From: Candidatus Kaelpia aquatica
GTDB taxonomy: Bacteria > Omnitrophota > Gorgyraeia > Kaelpiales > Kaelpiaceae
Direction of reading: 5' to 3'
Length of the DNA stretch: 64,000 bases
NCBI GenBank assembly: GCA_030765335.1
Contig: JAVCCU010000030.1
Coordinates: 5,324-69,323, forward strand
Below, one piece after another: positions 21,088 through 30,669 of this stretch (its first letter is position 1; each line of letters opens with the position of its first letter). The translations under genes and the position numbers were made by a program. A model generated the notes under the pieces. That model searched no databases. It was given only the letters and a program-made list of their open reading frames with translations, and was not told the origin of the DNA.

Positions 21088-21901
21088 TTTTAGAAACAGA
21101 ATTGTTATCTCTAAAATTTATCTTCTTAATCCTTCCATCTTCACATTCAACTTTGACAAATCCTGTAAGATAGTTTAAATCTACTACTTTGGCCTTGCCA
21201 TCTTCTAAATCTATCTTCTGCCCTATCTTAGGCATTGTCTTGAGCGCCTGATCGTAGAACTTTTTCTCAAAACTTAAACAACACATCAACCTGCCGCAGA
21301 CACCGGATATCTTACTCGGATTCATAGGAAGGTTTTGCTCTTTAGCAAACTTAACAGTGACAGGAGAGAACGTCTTTAAAAATGAAGCACAGCATAGCTC
21401 TCTGCCGCAAACACCGTAACCGCCCAAGATCTTAGCTTCATCTCTAACACCTATCTGCCTAAGCTCTATGCGGGTCTTAAATATTTTGGCCAGATCACGC
21501 ACAAGGGAACGAAAATCTATCCTCTCTTCAGCCGTAAAATAGAAGGTTACTTTTGTCCTGTCAAATGCATATTCTGCCCCAACAAGCTTCATCTCCAGCT
21601 TATGCTGACGTAATTTTCTTTCAAATACCCTGACAGCACTTCTGGATTTTCTCTCATTTCTTTTGATTTGTAGAAAATCTTCTTTAGTTGCCTTTCTTAT
21701 AATCTTATAAGTTCCTTTTGTATCTTTATCGCTGCCCATCTCATGGGGCTCAGAGATAATCTCACCATAATCATAACCTCTCTCTACCTGAAGAATAACA
21801 GTATCTCCTGCTAGTAGAGATAGATCTTCATAAAAACAATTTATTGCATTGCCTGCCTCTCTTAAACGTACATTAACTGTGTATTTCACTTTTAAGTTCA
21901 A
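21077..21901 (-). CDS. PSP1 C-terminal domain protein (YaaT/RicT-like)
   Basis: PSP1 domain. The conserved position immediately downstream of holB matches bacterial yaaT synteny. Confidence 0.7.
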   Translation of the reverse strand: MNLKVKYTVNVRLREAGNAINCFYEDLSLLAGDTVILQVERGYDYGEIISEPHEMGSDKDTKGTYKIIRKATKEDFLQIKRNERKSRSAVRVFERKLRQHKLEMKLVGAEYAFDRTKVTFYFTAEERIDFRSLVRDLAKIFKTRIELRQIGVRDEAKILGGYGVCGRELCCASFLKTFSPVTVKFAKEQNLPMNPSKISGVCGRLMCCLSFEKKFYDQALKTMPKIGQKIDLEDGKAKVVDLNYLTGFVKVECEDGRIKKINFRDNNSVSKNEE

Positions 21902-22841
21902 CCTCCTTATATAAACTTCTAGCTACTTTATAGATAAAATCCGGATTTACGTTTGAATCTAACGCACTGTAAAGATACTCCAATTTATCGATTTTTTCAA
22001 TTAAATCTTTGGACTCAATACCTATAGCCTTCTCCCTACTGTTTAAACTCAGAAAAACTGACAGAGAATCAACACCATTGACTATACATAGAATATCTCT
22101 AATATAAAGAATTAAAATTCTAATCTTATCTTTCAGCTTCTTCCTCTGCTGATGCAAGAGACTCTTATCTCCCCTCTCCTTAAACCGTAAAGGACGAAAA
22201 GACTCTTTTAAAGTTGCCTCAATGCAAGTTAAATCTATACCATTTAAGTCAAAATCTAATCCGCCTCCAGAAAGAACCGACATTCTTGCTGACTCCTCTA
22301 TGGTCAAATTGAGCTTATCTCTCACAGTCTCTTTGCTAAGAGGCTTAAATTTCAACTCTTTACAGCGGGATTTTACAGTAGGAATTAGAGAATCCGGCCT
22401 TGAGCTAACTAAGATAATAACAGAATCTAAAGGAGGCTCTTCAAGGCTTTTAAGAAATGCATTGGCTGACTCAATATTCATCTTCTCAGCCTGATCTATT
22501 ATAAAAAACTTTCTCCTGGCATTTGCTGGAGAGAGATTTAAGAATCTCTGCAGCTCTCTTATCATATCAATAGTTATTTCATCGGATTTCTCTGCTGGGC
22601 GAACAATATAAAGATCGGAGTGAGACTCTCTCTCTATTTGAACACAACTCTGACAAACAGAACAACTATCCCCAGAACCTTGTAAACAATTAACAGATTT
22701 GGAGAACTCCTTAGCAATAGAGAACTTGCCGACTCCTTTTAATCCTGAAAATATAAAACTACCCGACACTTGATCTAACTCTATATAAGACCTAAGTATA
22801 GAGATTATCCTATCTTGATCTAAAAATTTATCCCAAGCCAT
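21873..22841 (-). CDS. holB: DNA polymerase III subunit delta'
   Basis: AAA+ clamp-loader fold with a degenerate P-loop GLKGVGK and a Cys zinc module CxxC...CxxC. Confidence 0.8.
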   Translation of the reverse strand: MAWDKFLDQDRIISILRSYIELDQVSGSFIFSGLKGVGKFSIAKEFSKSVNCLQGSGDSCSVCQSCVQIERESHSDLYIVRPAEKSDEITIDMIRELQRFLNLSPANARRKFFIIDQAEKMNIESANAFLKSLEEPPLDSVIILVSSRPDSLIPTVKSRCKELKFKPLSKETVRDKLNLTIEESARMSVLSGGGLDFDLNGIDLTCIEATLKESFRPLRFKERGDKSLLHQQRKKLKDKIRILILYIRDILCIVNGVDSLSVFLSLNSREKAIGIESKDLIEKIDKLEYLYSALDSNVNPDFIYKVARSLYKEVELKSEIHS

Positions 22842-22887
22842 TTATTTATTATACTCTAAATAACCTCAGGATTGGAGCTTTAAATGG

Positions 22888-24705
22888 CTAAAACGCCATT
22901 GCTATACCCATTGAAGCCCATCTCCCGGGCAACTGAATACCTTCTACATCAAACTGCGAAGCATTGGTTAAATTCATAAACTTTAGATAGAGATCTACGA
23001 AATTACCTTTTAAAACAATCTCTTTAGATAAAACCAGATCTAAATTAAAAAATCCGCTATTTTTAACTCTCTCCTGATAGCTTAAATCTAAATTAATATC
23101 AAGATAGTCTGTTTTTATTTTTTGGGCAGCACTGAAGCTATATTGGAGATGATTAGCGATATATTTACTATAAGATGCATTGCTCTTATGTTCCGCATTA
23201 AACAGAGCATATGAGAATTCAAAATCACCATAAGAGAGCCAGCCTTCTACTCCATCCGTTCTAGCATAAGAGACGTTCTGAGCCCTCCATACATCAGAAG
23301 CAGAGCTCCTGGCCCAATCAATTAGATTGTAATCAAAACGCCGAAAAATCGAAGCCCCGTAAGATAAGATGCCTTTCTTTGCAAAACCTAGCTCTATACT
23401 AAAAGAGTCTTCAACTGATAAACTAGGATTGCCGAGGTTGGCCGGACTAGAGTAGTAAAGTTCTGTAAAACTCGGAACTCGATACGCTCTCTGAAAAGAC
23501 GAAAAGATACTCTTCTCTTCTGTTAATCTATATTCAAGATAGAGCCCCGGACTTATCTCAATATCAAGATCGCTATAGCTATCCACTCTAAGGCTTATTA
23601 AAGAACTTAATCTATCCGATAATTCTTTAGATACCGCTGTAGACAAAGAGAGTAGAGATCTTGAATGTGTGCCCATATTTATGCTATCAATCTCCTCCTC
23701 CCTAGCTTCCAGAGAGAGATCTATCCCGGAATCAAGCATTGTAAACCTAAAGGGCAACTTAATCCCTCTAATATAATTAGTGCTAACGTTTTTAAACAAA
23801 TCAGGGTCACTCCTATCAAGAATAAATTTATCCCAATGACGACGAAAATATAAAGTCGGCGAGAAAGCAAAATTATTCCAAATAAAATCAAAATTAACCA
23901 TATAAAGGTTTGTATCTATATTCTCCTCTTCCCTGGGATAGCTAGATGAATAAAAAGAGCTGGCGCCAAACTCTTTACTGTTATGGGCAATAACAACTCT
24001 GGGTGATCCAGGCATTTCATTAAAAATTAACTTAGAGAATATGTTGAATAAACTAAAATCCGTCTCTTCTCTATAAGAGGCAGCGGAACTTTGCTGAATA
24101 CCTAGATGGTAGTTCAAAGGTTCACTGACCCTATCTAAGGCAATATTAAAAATACGCATCTGTTTCTCTCCAAAAACACTGCTCACTCTTAGGTTATTCT
24201 CTTCTGGATTAACAGTCTCAATATCAAGTACCCCGCCTATAGCATGAGAGCCATAGAGAGAAGAATTTAACCCTTTTAGCACTTTTATGCTCTGCCAATC
24301 ATAATTAGAGAACGGTAGATCCATGCTATAATGAGATGTCTGAGGATCGCTTAAGCTTATTCCGTCAACAACAACAAGATTCTGCTCAAAACTGCTAGCC
24401 CTGATATTTAACTCTGATTGCATAGCAAATAAACCGCGTTGTTGTATATCAATATTAGATTTACTCTCAATAAGATCATCGATGGAGCTATAAAGAAGCC
24501 CCTTCTCTTCTTCAGCAACCAATCTGCTGCTCGATAAAGAGAGTCCTGTAAAAGAAGAAGGATCGTCTCTAAGCGCTATAGGAGACAATTCAATTATCTC
24601 AGAAGCATCTATAGCTCTGATGGCAGCTAACAAAAGAAGAGCTAAATTTACTTTTTTAGATAAGAGAGAATACATATAACAAATATTGAGGTTAAATATG
24701 AACAA
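22888..24705 (-). CDS. TonB-dependent receptor-like outer-membrane beta-barrel protein
   Basis: Signal peptide, a plug-domain motif (NIRASSFEQNLVVVDGISLSDPQ...VLKGLNSSLYGSHAIGGVLDI), and a C-terminal aromatic residue (…GIAMAF). Confidence 0.6.
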   Translation of the reverse strand: MFIFNLNICYMYSLLSKKVNLALLLLAAIRAIDASEIIELSPIALRDDPSSFTGLSLSSSRLVAEEEKGLLYSSIDDLIESKSNIDIQQRGLFAMQSELNIRASSFEQNLVVVDGISLSDPQTSHYSMDLPFSNYDWQSIKVLKGLNSSLYGSHAIGGVLDIETVNPEENNLRVSSVFGEKQMRIFNIALDRVSEPLNYHLGIQQSSAASYREETDFSLFNIFSKLIFNEMPGSPRVVIAHNSKEFGASSFYSSSYPREEENIDTNLYMVNFDFIWNNFAFSPTLYFRRHWDKFILDRSDPDLFKNVSTNYIRGIKLPFRFTMLDSGIDLSLEAREEEIDSINMGTHSRSLLSLSTAVSKELSDRLSSLISLRVDSYSDLDIEISPGLYLEYRLTEEKSIFSSFQRAYRVPSFTELYYSSPANLGNPSLSVEDSFSIELGFAKKGILSYGASIFRRFDYNLIDWARSSASDVWRAQNVSYARTDGVEGWLSYGDFEFSYALFNAEHKSNASYSKYIANHLQYSFSAAQKIKTDYLDINLDLSYQERVKNSGFFNLDLVLSKEIVLKGNFVDLYLKFMNLTNASQFDVEGIQLPGRWASMGIAMAF

Positions 24706-25931
24706 GCTACTCCAGCTTTAAAGCCCGAAAAAGCAGATACTGCCCCAATAGAGCCTGAGACCAGCATGCCTATAAAAACAGCTCTATTTTTTATTTTCAA
24801 TCTATCTTTAAAGGGGATCAATAAGAAAGGAATAAAAACACCTGATATATAAATTGAATAGGAAGCCTTAAGAAGACTGATGATATTTTCAAAATAAAAG
24901 CTTAAAATAAATGCCAGCAATGCTACTAGGAATATAACAATCCTGGTATAAAGAACATTTTTATCCTCAGGTAGGCTCAAAATGTCATGTGTAAACATAG
25001 TAGCTGATGTCATAAGGCAGCTATCCGCTGAAGAAAGAATAGCAGAGACTAGGGCTATTAAAAAAACATAGAACAACGCGCTATGATTAAATAAAATATC
25101 AAAGAAAAGATTCAAGATACTAGGTGCATCAGAAACTCCAAAAACATTGCGAAGCATTAAAGCAGGAGATACTATCAATATAGATATAGGTAAAAGCGCC
25201 AATGCTGCCATCTTAAGAGATTTTTTTATAATATTTTTATCCTTAGAACAAAAAACTCTAGAATGTACATCAGGGCCTATAAAATAGACTGGGACCAATA
25301 TAAGAGCAAGATAGATTAAATCCCTAACAGAGAAATTGCTATTTAGAGGAAATTTTAAATAACCACAACTCTTATTTAAACAACTAAAATCAAGTTGCTT
25401 AATAAAAATATAATTAACAGCCAAAAATCCTAAAATCAACAATAGAAACTGAACTCTATCAGTGATAATTACTGCTCTCTGCCCGCCAATTATTGTATAT
25501 ACAGCCAAGAATAGTGTTACCAAAAAAACTACCATCAGAGAGGAAAGCTCAGGAATAAATATCTCTATTATTTTTTTAAGCGCAAGTAACTGGGCAGCTA
25601 TGATTCCAATCCATGCTAGGAATATAACCCAACTTGCAATCCTTCTTACGCCTAAACCATATTTTTTACCTAAAAATTCAGCTATAGTATAATTATCACT
25701 TTTTAAGAAAAAGCTAGAATAAACTAATGATAGTAAGAATAGACCTAGAGAACCAAATATAAGCCATAGAATAGCTGGCGCGCCAACGGAATAGGCGAAT
25801 CCCATTAAACCTATAGTCGAAGAGGCACCTACGATAGTGGCCAAAAGTGAGAAGGTTAGCTGAGTTACGCTAATATTCCTTCCGGCTAAATAAAAATCTC
25901 TATTTTTCATAAAACACGAAAGATAAAACAA
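24648..25931 (-). CDS. Sodium:solute symporter family transporter
   Basis: SSF N-terminal signature (DFYLAGRNISVTQLTFSLLATIVGASSTIG...TIAEFLGKKYG). About 12 TM helices. Confidence 0.7.
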   Translation of the reverse strand: MFYLSCFMKNRDFYLAGRNISVTQLTFSLLATIVGASSTIGLMGFAYSVGAPAILWLIFGSLGLFLLSLVYSSFFLKSDNYTIAEFLGKKYGLGVRRIASWVIFLAWIGIIAAQLLALKKIIEIFIPELSSLMVVFLVTLFLAVYTIIGGQRAVIITDRVQFLLLILGFLAVNYIFIKQLDFSCLNKSCGYLKFPLNSNFSVRDLIYLALILVPVYFIGPDVHSRVFCSKDKNIIKKSLKMAALALLPISILIVSPALMLRNVFGVSDAPSILNLFFDILFNHSALFYVFLIALVSAILSSADSCLMTSATMFTHDILSLPEDKNVLYTRIVIFLVALLAFILSFYFENIISLLKASYSIYISGVFIPFLLIPFKDRLKIKNRAVFIGMLVSGSIGAVSAFSGFKAGVACSYLTSIFVICILSYLKK

Positions 25932-26031
25932 TGGACAATAAAACTGATGTTAACTATTATAAAAATTAAGTAAACAAAGTCAACAAATAAATCTGTTTAT
26001 TTAAATACTATGGTTTGAAAAATAAGAAAAA

Positions 26032-26928
26032 TCAATCAGAGAAAATAGAGAGCAGCATCTTCAACTGCTTCTTCTTATCTGCATCTTCAATGTAGATCGC
26101 TAAAGCAGTACCTAGCTCAATTCTTATGCTCTGCTTAGCCTGACTTGTATTCATAAGAATATTTATAGTGTGCTGATAAATTATACTCAATATATCTTGA
26201 TTAAAATATTTCATATTTACAGCAAGACAATTAGATGCCCCAAAAAGAATTTCTCCTCTATAATCAAGATTATCTTTCTGGTTTAATCCGTCGAACAAAA
26301 GATTAACTGATGTCAATTGCGCTGTTGGTGTTAAGAATCTAATCAGCTTACTTAATTGATCTATCTGAGTTAATAACATGGCTCCTGCGCACCTTAGTCC
26401 AACTAGATCTATAATCTCTGGATTTACAGTCCCCATCTCTTTTTCATTAAGACTTGTAACAAAAAAAGACAATATGTCTATACCCTCGTCTACTCTATTA
26501 GTAGAGAGATTCTGCGGAGTTACAAATTGTCCAATAAGTCCAGTGAACACGCCGGCTGCAATATACTTTTTATAAAAATAGACTACTATCTCAAGTCTGG
26601 TTTCAGTATCCAAATAGGGAAACAACTGAGACAAGCAATACAAGGCTGTCTTTCTTTTGTATACCTCCTTACTGCTTATAGCCAAAGACGTCAAAGACAT
26701 AACCACCTCTTTTTTTATGCTTTTATCTTCTTCAGCCAACTCATTCATTAAAGATCTTAGCTTCGTTAAGCTGGCTAGTTGATTAGATGAATTTAAAACA
26801 TCAAAAATAGCAGTTATCTCAATAAGATAGCTATTAGGTGATTTTGTTCTTCTGCAAATAACACCACCTTCATCATCGGCAACGAATATTACAGATAACA
26901 ATATCACAACAAATAGAACCCTTCTCAT
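26032..26928 (-). CDS. Hypothetical secreted alpha-helical protein
   Basis: Signal peptide (MRRVLFVVILLSVIFVA). No recognisable catalytic motifs. Confidence 0.45.
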   Translation of the reverse strand: MRRVLFVVILLSVIFVADDEGGVICRRTKSPNSYLIEITAIFDVLNSSNQLASLTKLRSLMNELAEEDKSIKKEVVMSLTSLAISSKEVYKRKTALYCLSQLFPYLDTETRLEIVVYFYKKYIAAGVFTGLIGQFVTPQNLSTNRVDEGIDILSFFVTSLNEKEMGTVNPEIIDLVGLRCAGAMLLTQIDQLSKLIRFLTPTAQLTSVNLLFDGLNQKDNLDYRGEILFGASNCLAVNMKYFNQDILSIIYQHTINILMNTSQAKQSIRIELGTALAIYIEDADKKKQLKMLLSIFSD

Positions 26929-27560
26929 TCCCCCTCCCTATGTTAGCCGAGTTTCTCAACTAACTATTATTTAAAAACCTTCAAAAAACTGCTATTCATT
27001 GCCCAATCTACTGAGTAATTGTTCCGTTGGAAACTCTCTGAATAACTGTTCCAAATATTCCTCGATTAAAATATAACAATAATCCATTTAAATTTGTGAT
27101 ACCATAAAAATCATTAATACTACTGATTTATCAATTTTTTTTATTTCACCTCTTCTCACACTTTATAAAGCGTATACAATAAATATACCACATATAAACA
27201 CACTGTCAAATAACAGCATTGTTTTTTAAAAATAAATAAAAAACATCTGTAAACTATTATCATACAGAGATTTAGATATGAAAACTCCGCTTGCTATTAT
27301 TATACAACATAACATTGCTACATTAATTATTGAAATAACATTGTGTTTTTATACAGCACCTTTCTCCTCTAAGTTTCTTTTTAAGTGGTTTGTTATACTT
27401 GTAAATCTGCAATTATCTACATGTTCATAGAACGCTAATATCTTGCTAAAATCTTTAAATTCTTACCTTCTGACCTACATCTATATAAATCATTCAATAT
27501 AAATGAATAATAAGGGTAGATACTGATTTTTATACCATATAATAAAAACTTTCACTAAGA

Positions 27561-27588
27561 TTGCTAAAAGTAGAAAATATGGTATAAA
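27561..27588 (+). promoter_or_regulatory. Sigma70-like promoter (TTGCTA-N16-TATAAA) for the 27617 gene, overlapped by a 10-bp inverted repeat
   Basis: TTGCTA at 27561-27566 and TATAAA at 27583-27588. The ATG is 29 nt downstream with an AGGAT SD. The inverted-repeat halves TATACCATAT (27531-27540) and ATATGGTATA (27577-27586) bracket it. Confidence 0.35.
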
Positions 27589-27616
27589 TACAGTAGAGAG
27601 CTTAGGATAGATAAAT

Positions 27617-29077
27617 ATGAAGATCATTAAAAATTTAATTTTACTTTTAGTAATCGAAATATTTCTAGTAACACAGAACTACCCTGTATTTGCTTCTGTA
27701 CCTACCTCTTTCGATAAAATCAACGAAATAATCAATGCAACTGAGCAAAAAACAGACTTAGCAATATCCTCCGCTAATATAATCGCAAGAAGAACACGTA
27801 CGTCGCAAAACTCAGCACAAGAAATCATACGTAATTTCTTTGAAAGTCACGGTATAACGATTGTATCTGAACCTATAACAGGGGCCGTAAGCACCGAGAG
27901 CATACTATCCATGCTATCGCTTCTATTAGATTTAAAAGGACCAAATACAGAGAGTCTCCAAGATGAATTGGGTGGCATATTAGATACAATAACGGAACAA
28001 TCTGGATGTACCCCAGAAGAAGCCTGCAAATCTTTATTAGATTATATTGCACCATTTCTTATACCTCTTACATCAGAAGCAGAAGAAACAGTAGAACAAT
28101 CTTTGGTGTTTTTATTAGATTATACTACATACTTGTTTGAATTAGGGATGGAACAGAATGCAACCATAGCTGCATTTGAAAATCTTGCTCAGAATATTAA
28201 TACAACCATGATAGAACTATATAGTTCTTTGATTGCAAAAGCAAGCAATGTGGCAACTGGATTAAATTCCAACCTAGAACTTTACAGATTAAATCCTACT
28301 CTAGAACCTTCAGAAATAATAAATCATATTAAACAAATAGCCTTTAGATGCATCGATCTTTATGCTGGCAACACTGTTGAACATGTAGAAGAAAGATTTA
28401 ATGCAAACGGTGGCATAAAAGTAACAGAGTATAAACTCAGCAATTTCTTGGCAGAGAATAAGTTAACTCCTGAAGATTTTGATGAGAACGGCATTAAAAT
28501 AGACGGTATAGATGTGAATATGAACATAGATATAGAGAAATTGTGTAAATCCATTGGCATACAGGGTTTAAAAGATTTAGAATTATTGCTTGGCTTTTTG
28601 GAATCTTTAACAAAAAATATTGTTAAAAATATAAACATTTATGAACATCACTATGATAATACAGACTCAACAACTAGAATAACAGTTACAGAAACAGAAA
28701 AAAGAGTAAATATATATCTAGCAGCTGAGGACTATAGTAACTTCTCCAACGTTAACATAAACATAGGAACCTTAGCTACTCAACTAGTACAATTTAACAG
28801 AACCATGAAAGGCATGTCGAAAAGAGCATCTATAAGATTCGATCTCACCGACTATGCTAATAAATACGATGATACCAGTGAGGAAGACATGGACATAGAC
28901 CTTGAGATTGACTCTCCATGTATTGTAATAGCCTTGGCTTTTACAGGCAGTGGTAACATACACGATTATAGTCTAAGATTGTTTAATAGCGATTCTCGTG
29001 GACCTCCAGAGTTTACAGTTTTTGCACAGGCAGCTATGGAAGCTTTCGGTTTTGGTGTTTTACAAGAAGTTCCTTGA
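27617..29077 (+). CDS. Hypothetical secreted acidic protein (486 aa)
   Basis: Clear signal peptide (MKIIKNLILLLVIEIFLVTQNYPVFA). This is the only long plus-strand ORF in a 50-kb minus-strand run. No known domain is recognised by eye. Confidence 0.5.
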   Translation: MKIIKNLILLLVIEIFLVTQNYPVFASVPTSFDKINEIINATEQKTDLAISSANIIARRTRTSQNSAQEIIRNFFESHGITIVSEPITGAVSTESILSMLSLLLDLKGPNTESLQDELGGILDTITEQSGCTPEEACKSLLDYIAPFLIPLTSEAEETVEQSLVFLLDYTTYLFELGMEQNATIAAFENLAQNINTTMIELYSSLIAKASNVATGLNSNLELYRLNPTLEPSEIINHIKQIAFRCIDLYAGNTVEHVEERFNANGGIKVTEYKLSNFLAENKLTPEDFDENGIKIDGIDVNMNIDIEKLCKSIGIQGLKDLELLLGFLESLTKNIVKNINIYEHHYDNTDSTTRITVTETEKRVNIYLAAEDYSNFSNVNINIGTLATQLVQFNRTMKGMSKRASIRFDLTDYANKYDDTSEEDMDIDLEIDSPCIVIALAFTGSGNIHDYSLRLFNSDSRGPPEFTVFAQAAMEAFGFGVLQEVP

Positions 29078-30016
29078 TCCGCTAGAATAAATAACATTGC
29101 TTATACTGCCAGACTTAACGATTAAATGACCGTATCGATCTATTCCCTTAGATTTACCAGATATCTTTTTATTATCCTGAATAATACTAATACTCTTTCC
29201 GTAATCCAAAGAATGGCTCTTCCAGATAGACTTAATCTTGCTAAAATCTTTATTCTCAATCAATTCTATAAGACTATTTAACTCACTAATTATTGAAATT
29301 AAAATACTCAACCTATCTAACTTATCTTTCTTTAAGATAGAGGAGATTGAAGATAAATTTGATAACTTTGACTTAGAATTGATATCCACCCCTATTCCTA
29401 AAATTAGTTTATCAATTAAATCAATCTCTGCAACAAATTCGATCAATACCCCTGCTACTTTCTTATTACCTATTAAAACATCATTAGGCCATTTAACCTT
29501 TGCGCCAATCTTAAACAGTCTATTTAAAGCTCTAGCAACAGATAGCACCCCTATAATATTAAATATTGGAAGATAATAATACGGCAACTTAGGCGAGATT
29601 GTAAGAGAGAATAAAATATCTTTGTATTTCTGAGATTTCCATTCTTTTCCATTCCTACCCCTTCCTCTCTTCTGCTGCTCCGCAATAATCAAAGAACCTT
29701 CTTTAAGTATTCTCTTGGCAGCATTGTTAGTAGAATCAGTCTCATCAAAATAGATAACCTCTTTTACGAAACTATTCTTGGGAAGTCTTAATTGGACTAC
29801 CTCTGGAAGCAATCTGTTTCCAAAATCAATAAAGCTATAGCCCTTATTAGAGCGGGTCTCTATCTTAACACCGTTGTTTTTCAGATAGTTGATATGCTTC
29901 CAGACCGCAATCCTACTTATATTGCAGCTATCTGCAATACTCTGACCTGATACAAAGTCAGATTGACTCAGAATCTTTAAAATTTTAACCCTCTGTTTTA
30001 TGCCTTTTTTCTGCAT
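29060..30016 (-). CDS. birA: Bifunctional biotin--[acetyl-CoA-carboxylase] ligase / biotin operon repressor
   Basis: N-terminal wHTH domain followed by the ligase core with the GRGRNGKEW motif. Confidence 0.85.
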   Translation of the reverse strand: MQKKGIKQRVKILKILSQSDFVSGQSIADSCNISRIAVWKHINYLKNNGVKIETRSNKGYSFIDFGNRLLPEVVQLRLPKNSFVKEVIYFDETDSTNNAAKRILKEGSLIIAEQQKRGRGRNGKEWKSQKYKDILFSLTISPKLPYYYLPIFNIIGVLSVARALNRLFKIGAKVKWPNDVLIGNKKVAGVLIEFVAEIDLIDKLILGIGVDINSKSKLSNLSSISSILKKDKLDRLSILISIISELNSLIELIENKDFSKIKSIWKSHSLDYGKSISIIQDNKKISGKSKGIDRYGHLIVKSGSISNVIYSSGSRNFL

Positions 30017-30669
30017 ACCTTAACACATATTCCACAGATATGTTGACCTACAAAGTTTTTCTTTCTAAACTGATCCAATTTATTATAACAAGATAAGTGA
30101 TTAAAATCTCCTGGATCTTCAGCTATTGCACTAACAGGGCAAGCTGCAACGCATAGCTTGCAATCTCCGCAGCCAAATTTTAAAGGTTCTTTAAAAGGCA
30201 GTTTGATGCTGGTTAAAACAGTAGCAAATCTCAATTGAGAACCAAACTCAGGGTGAACCAAAAGGTTATTTCTGCCTACCCAGCCTAATCCTGCTAGATA
30301 GGCTATCTTTCTATGTGATAGATAAGAAGACTGCTTCTTCCAGTCAACAATCTGTGAAGCCGGTATAGCTAGAGCTCTAAAACCATCTTTTTCGATTATT
30401 CTAACAGCCTTTAAAGAGAGCTGGTCTAAAAACATATTAACCATCCTATAGTGATGAAAGTACAGTTTCGTAGGATGCTCAATGATTCCATCTAAAACTG
30501 AATCAGATAATTTAAAACCAAAACTGATAGCATAATCCAAACCCTCTAACTCTTTTTGGCTTAAATCAAATGCAGGCTTTATCTCTTTAATGGGAGCTGT
30601 TCCAAAGACAGCTGCTCCTTCTCCTAAGACAAACTCTTCTAATTTACTAGCTAACTCTTTTTCTTTCAT
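29998..30669 (-). CDS. QueG-like 4Fe-4S protein (epoxyqueuosine reductase family, short form)
   Basis: [21 protein letters not shown] resembles the QueG signature. One ferredoxin-type [12 protein letters not shown] motif plus a CGICVKVC motif. At 223 aa it is shorter than canonical QueG. Confidence 0.5.
   Translation of the reverse strand: MKEKELASKLEEFVLGEGAAVFGTAPIKEIKPAFDLSQKELEGLDYAISFGFKLSDSVLDGIIEHPTKLYFHHYRMVNMFLDQLSLKAVRIIEKDGFRALAIPASQIVDWKKQSSYLSHRKIAYLAGLGWVGRNNLLVHPEFGSQLRFATVLTSIKLPFKEPLKFGCGDCKLCVAACPVSAIAEDPGDFNHLSCYNKLDQFRKKNFVGQHICGICVKVCRKKA

Noticed and set aside
22884-22901. Hairpin AATGGC-TAAAAC-GCCATT near the 3' end of the TonB-dependent receptor gene
   Set aside because: It overlaps the stop codon and the last codons of the gene rather than following it. 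The stem is short and no U-tract follows, so it is not a credible intrinsic terminator.
24648-24705. 58-nt overlap between the symporter gene and the TonB-dependent receptor gene as a possible frameshift or fusion
   Set aside because: It is more simply explained by the receptor gene using a downstream Met (MYSLLSKKVNLALLLLAA, a signal-peptide-like start). The two proteins belong to unrelated families.
27278-27430. About 50-codon hydrophobic ORF (MKTPLAIIIQHNIATLIIEITLCFYTAPFSSKF...) in the long intergenic region
   Set aside because: There is no convincing Shine-Dalgarno site. It lies in a likely regulatory AT-rich region, and the composition is consistent with a chance ORF. It is kept only as a low-priority candidate.
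27847-28055. Two 60-aa minus-strand ORFs inside the 486-aa plus-strand secreted-protein gene
   Set aside because: They are antisense shadows of a longer ORF with a strong start context, namely a signal peptide and an SD plus promoter upstream.
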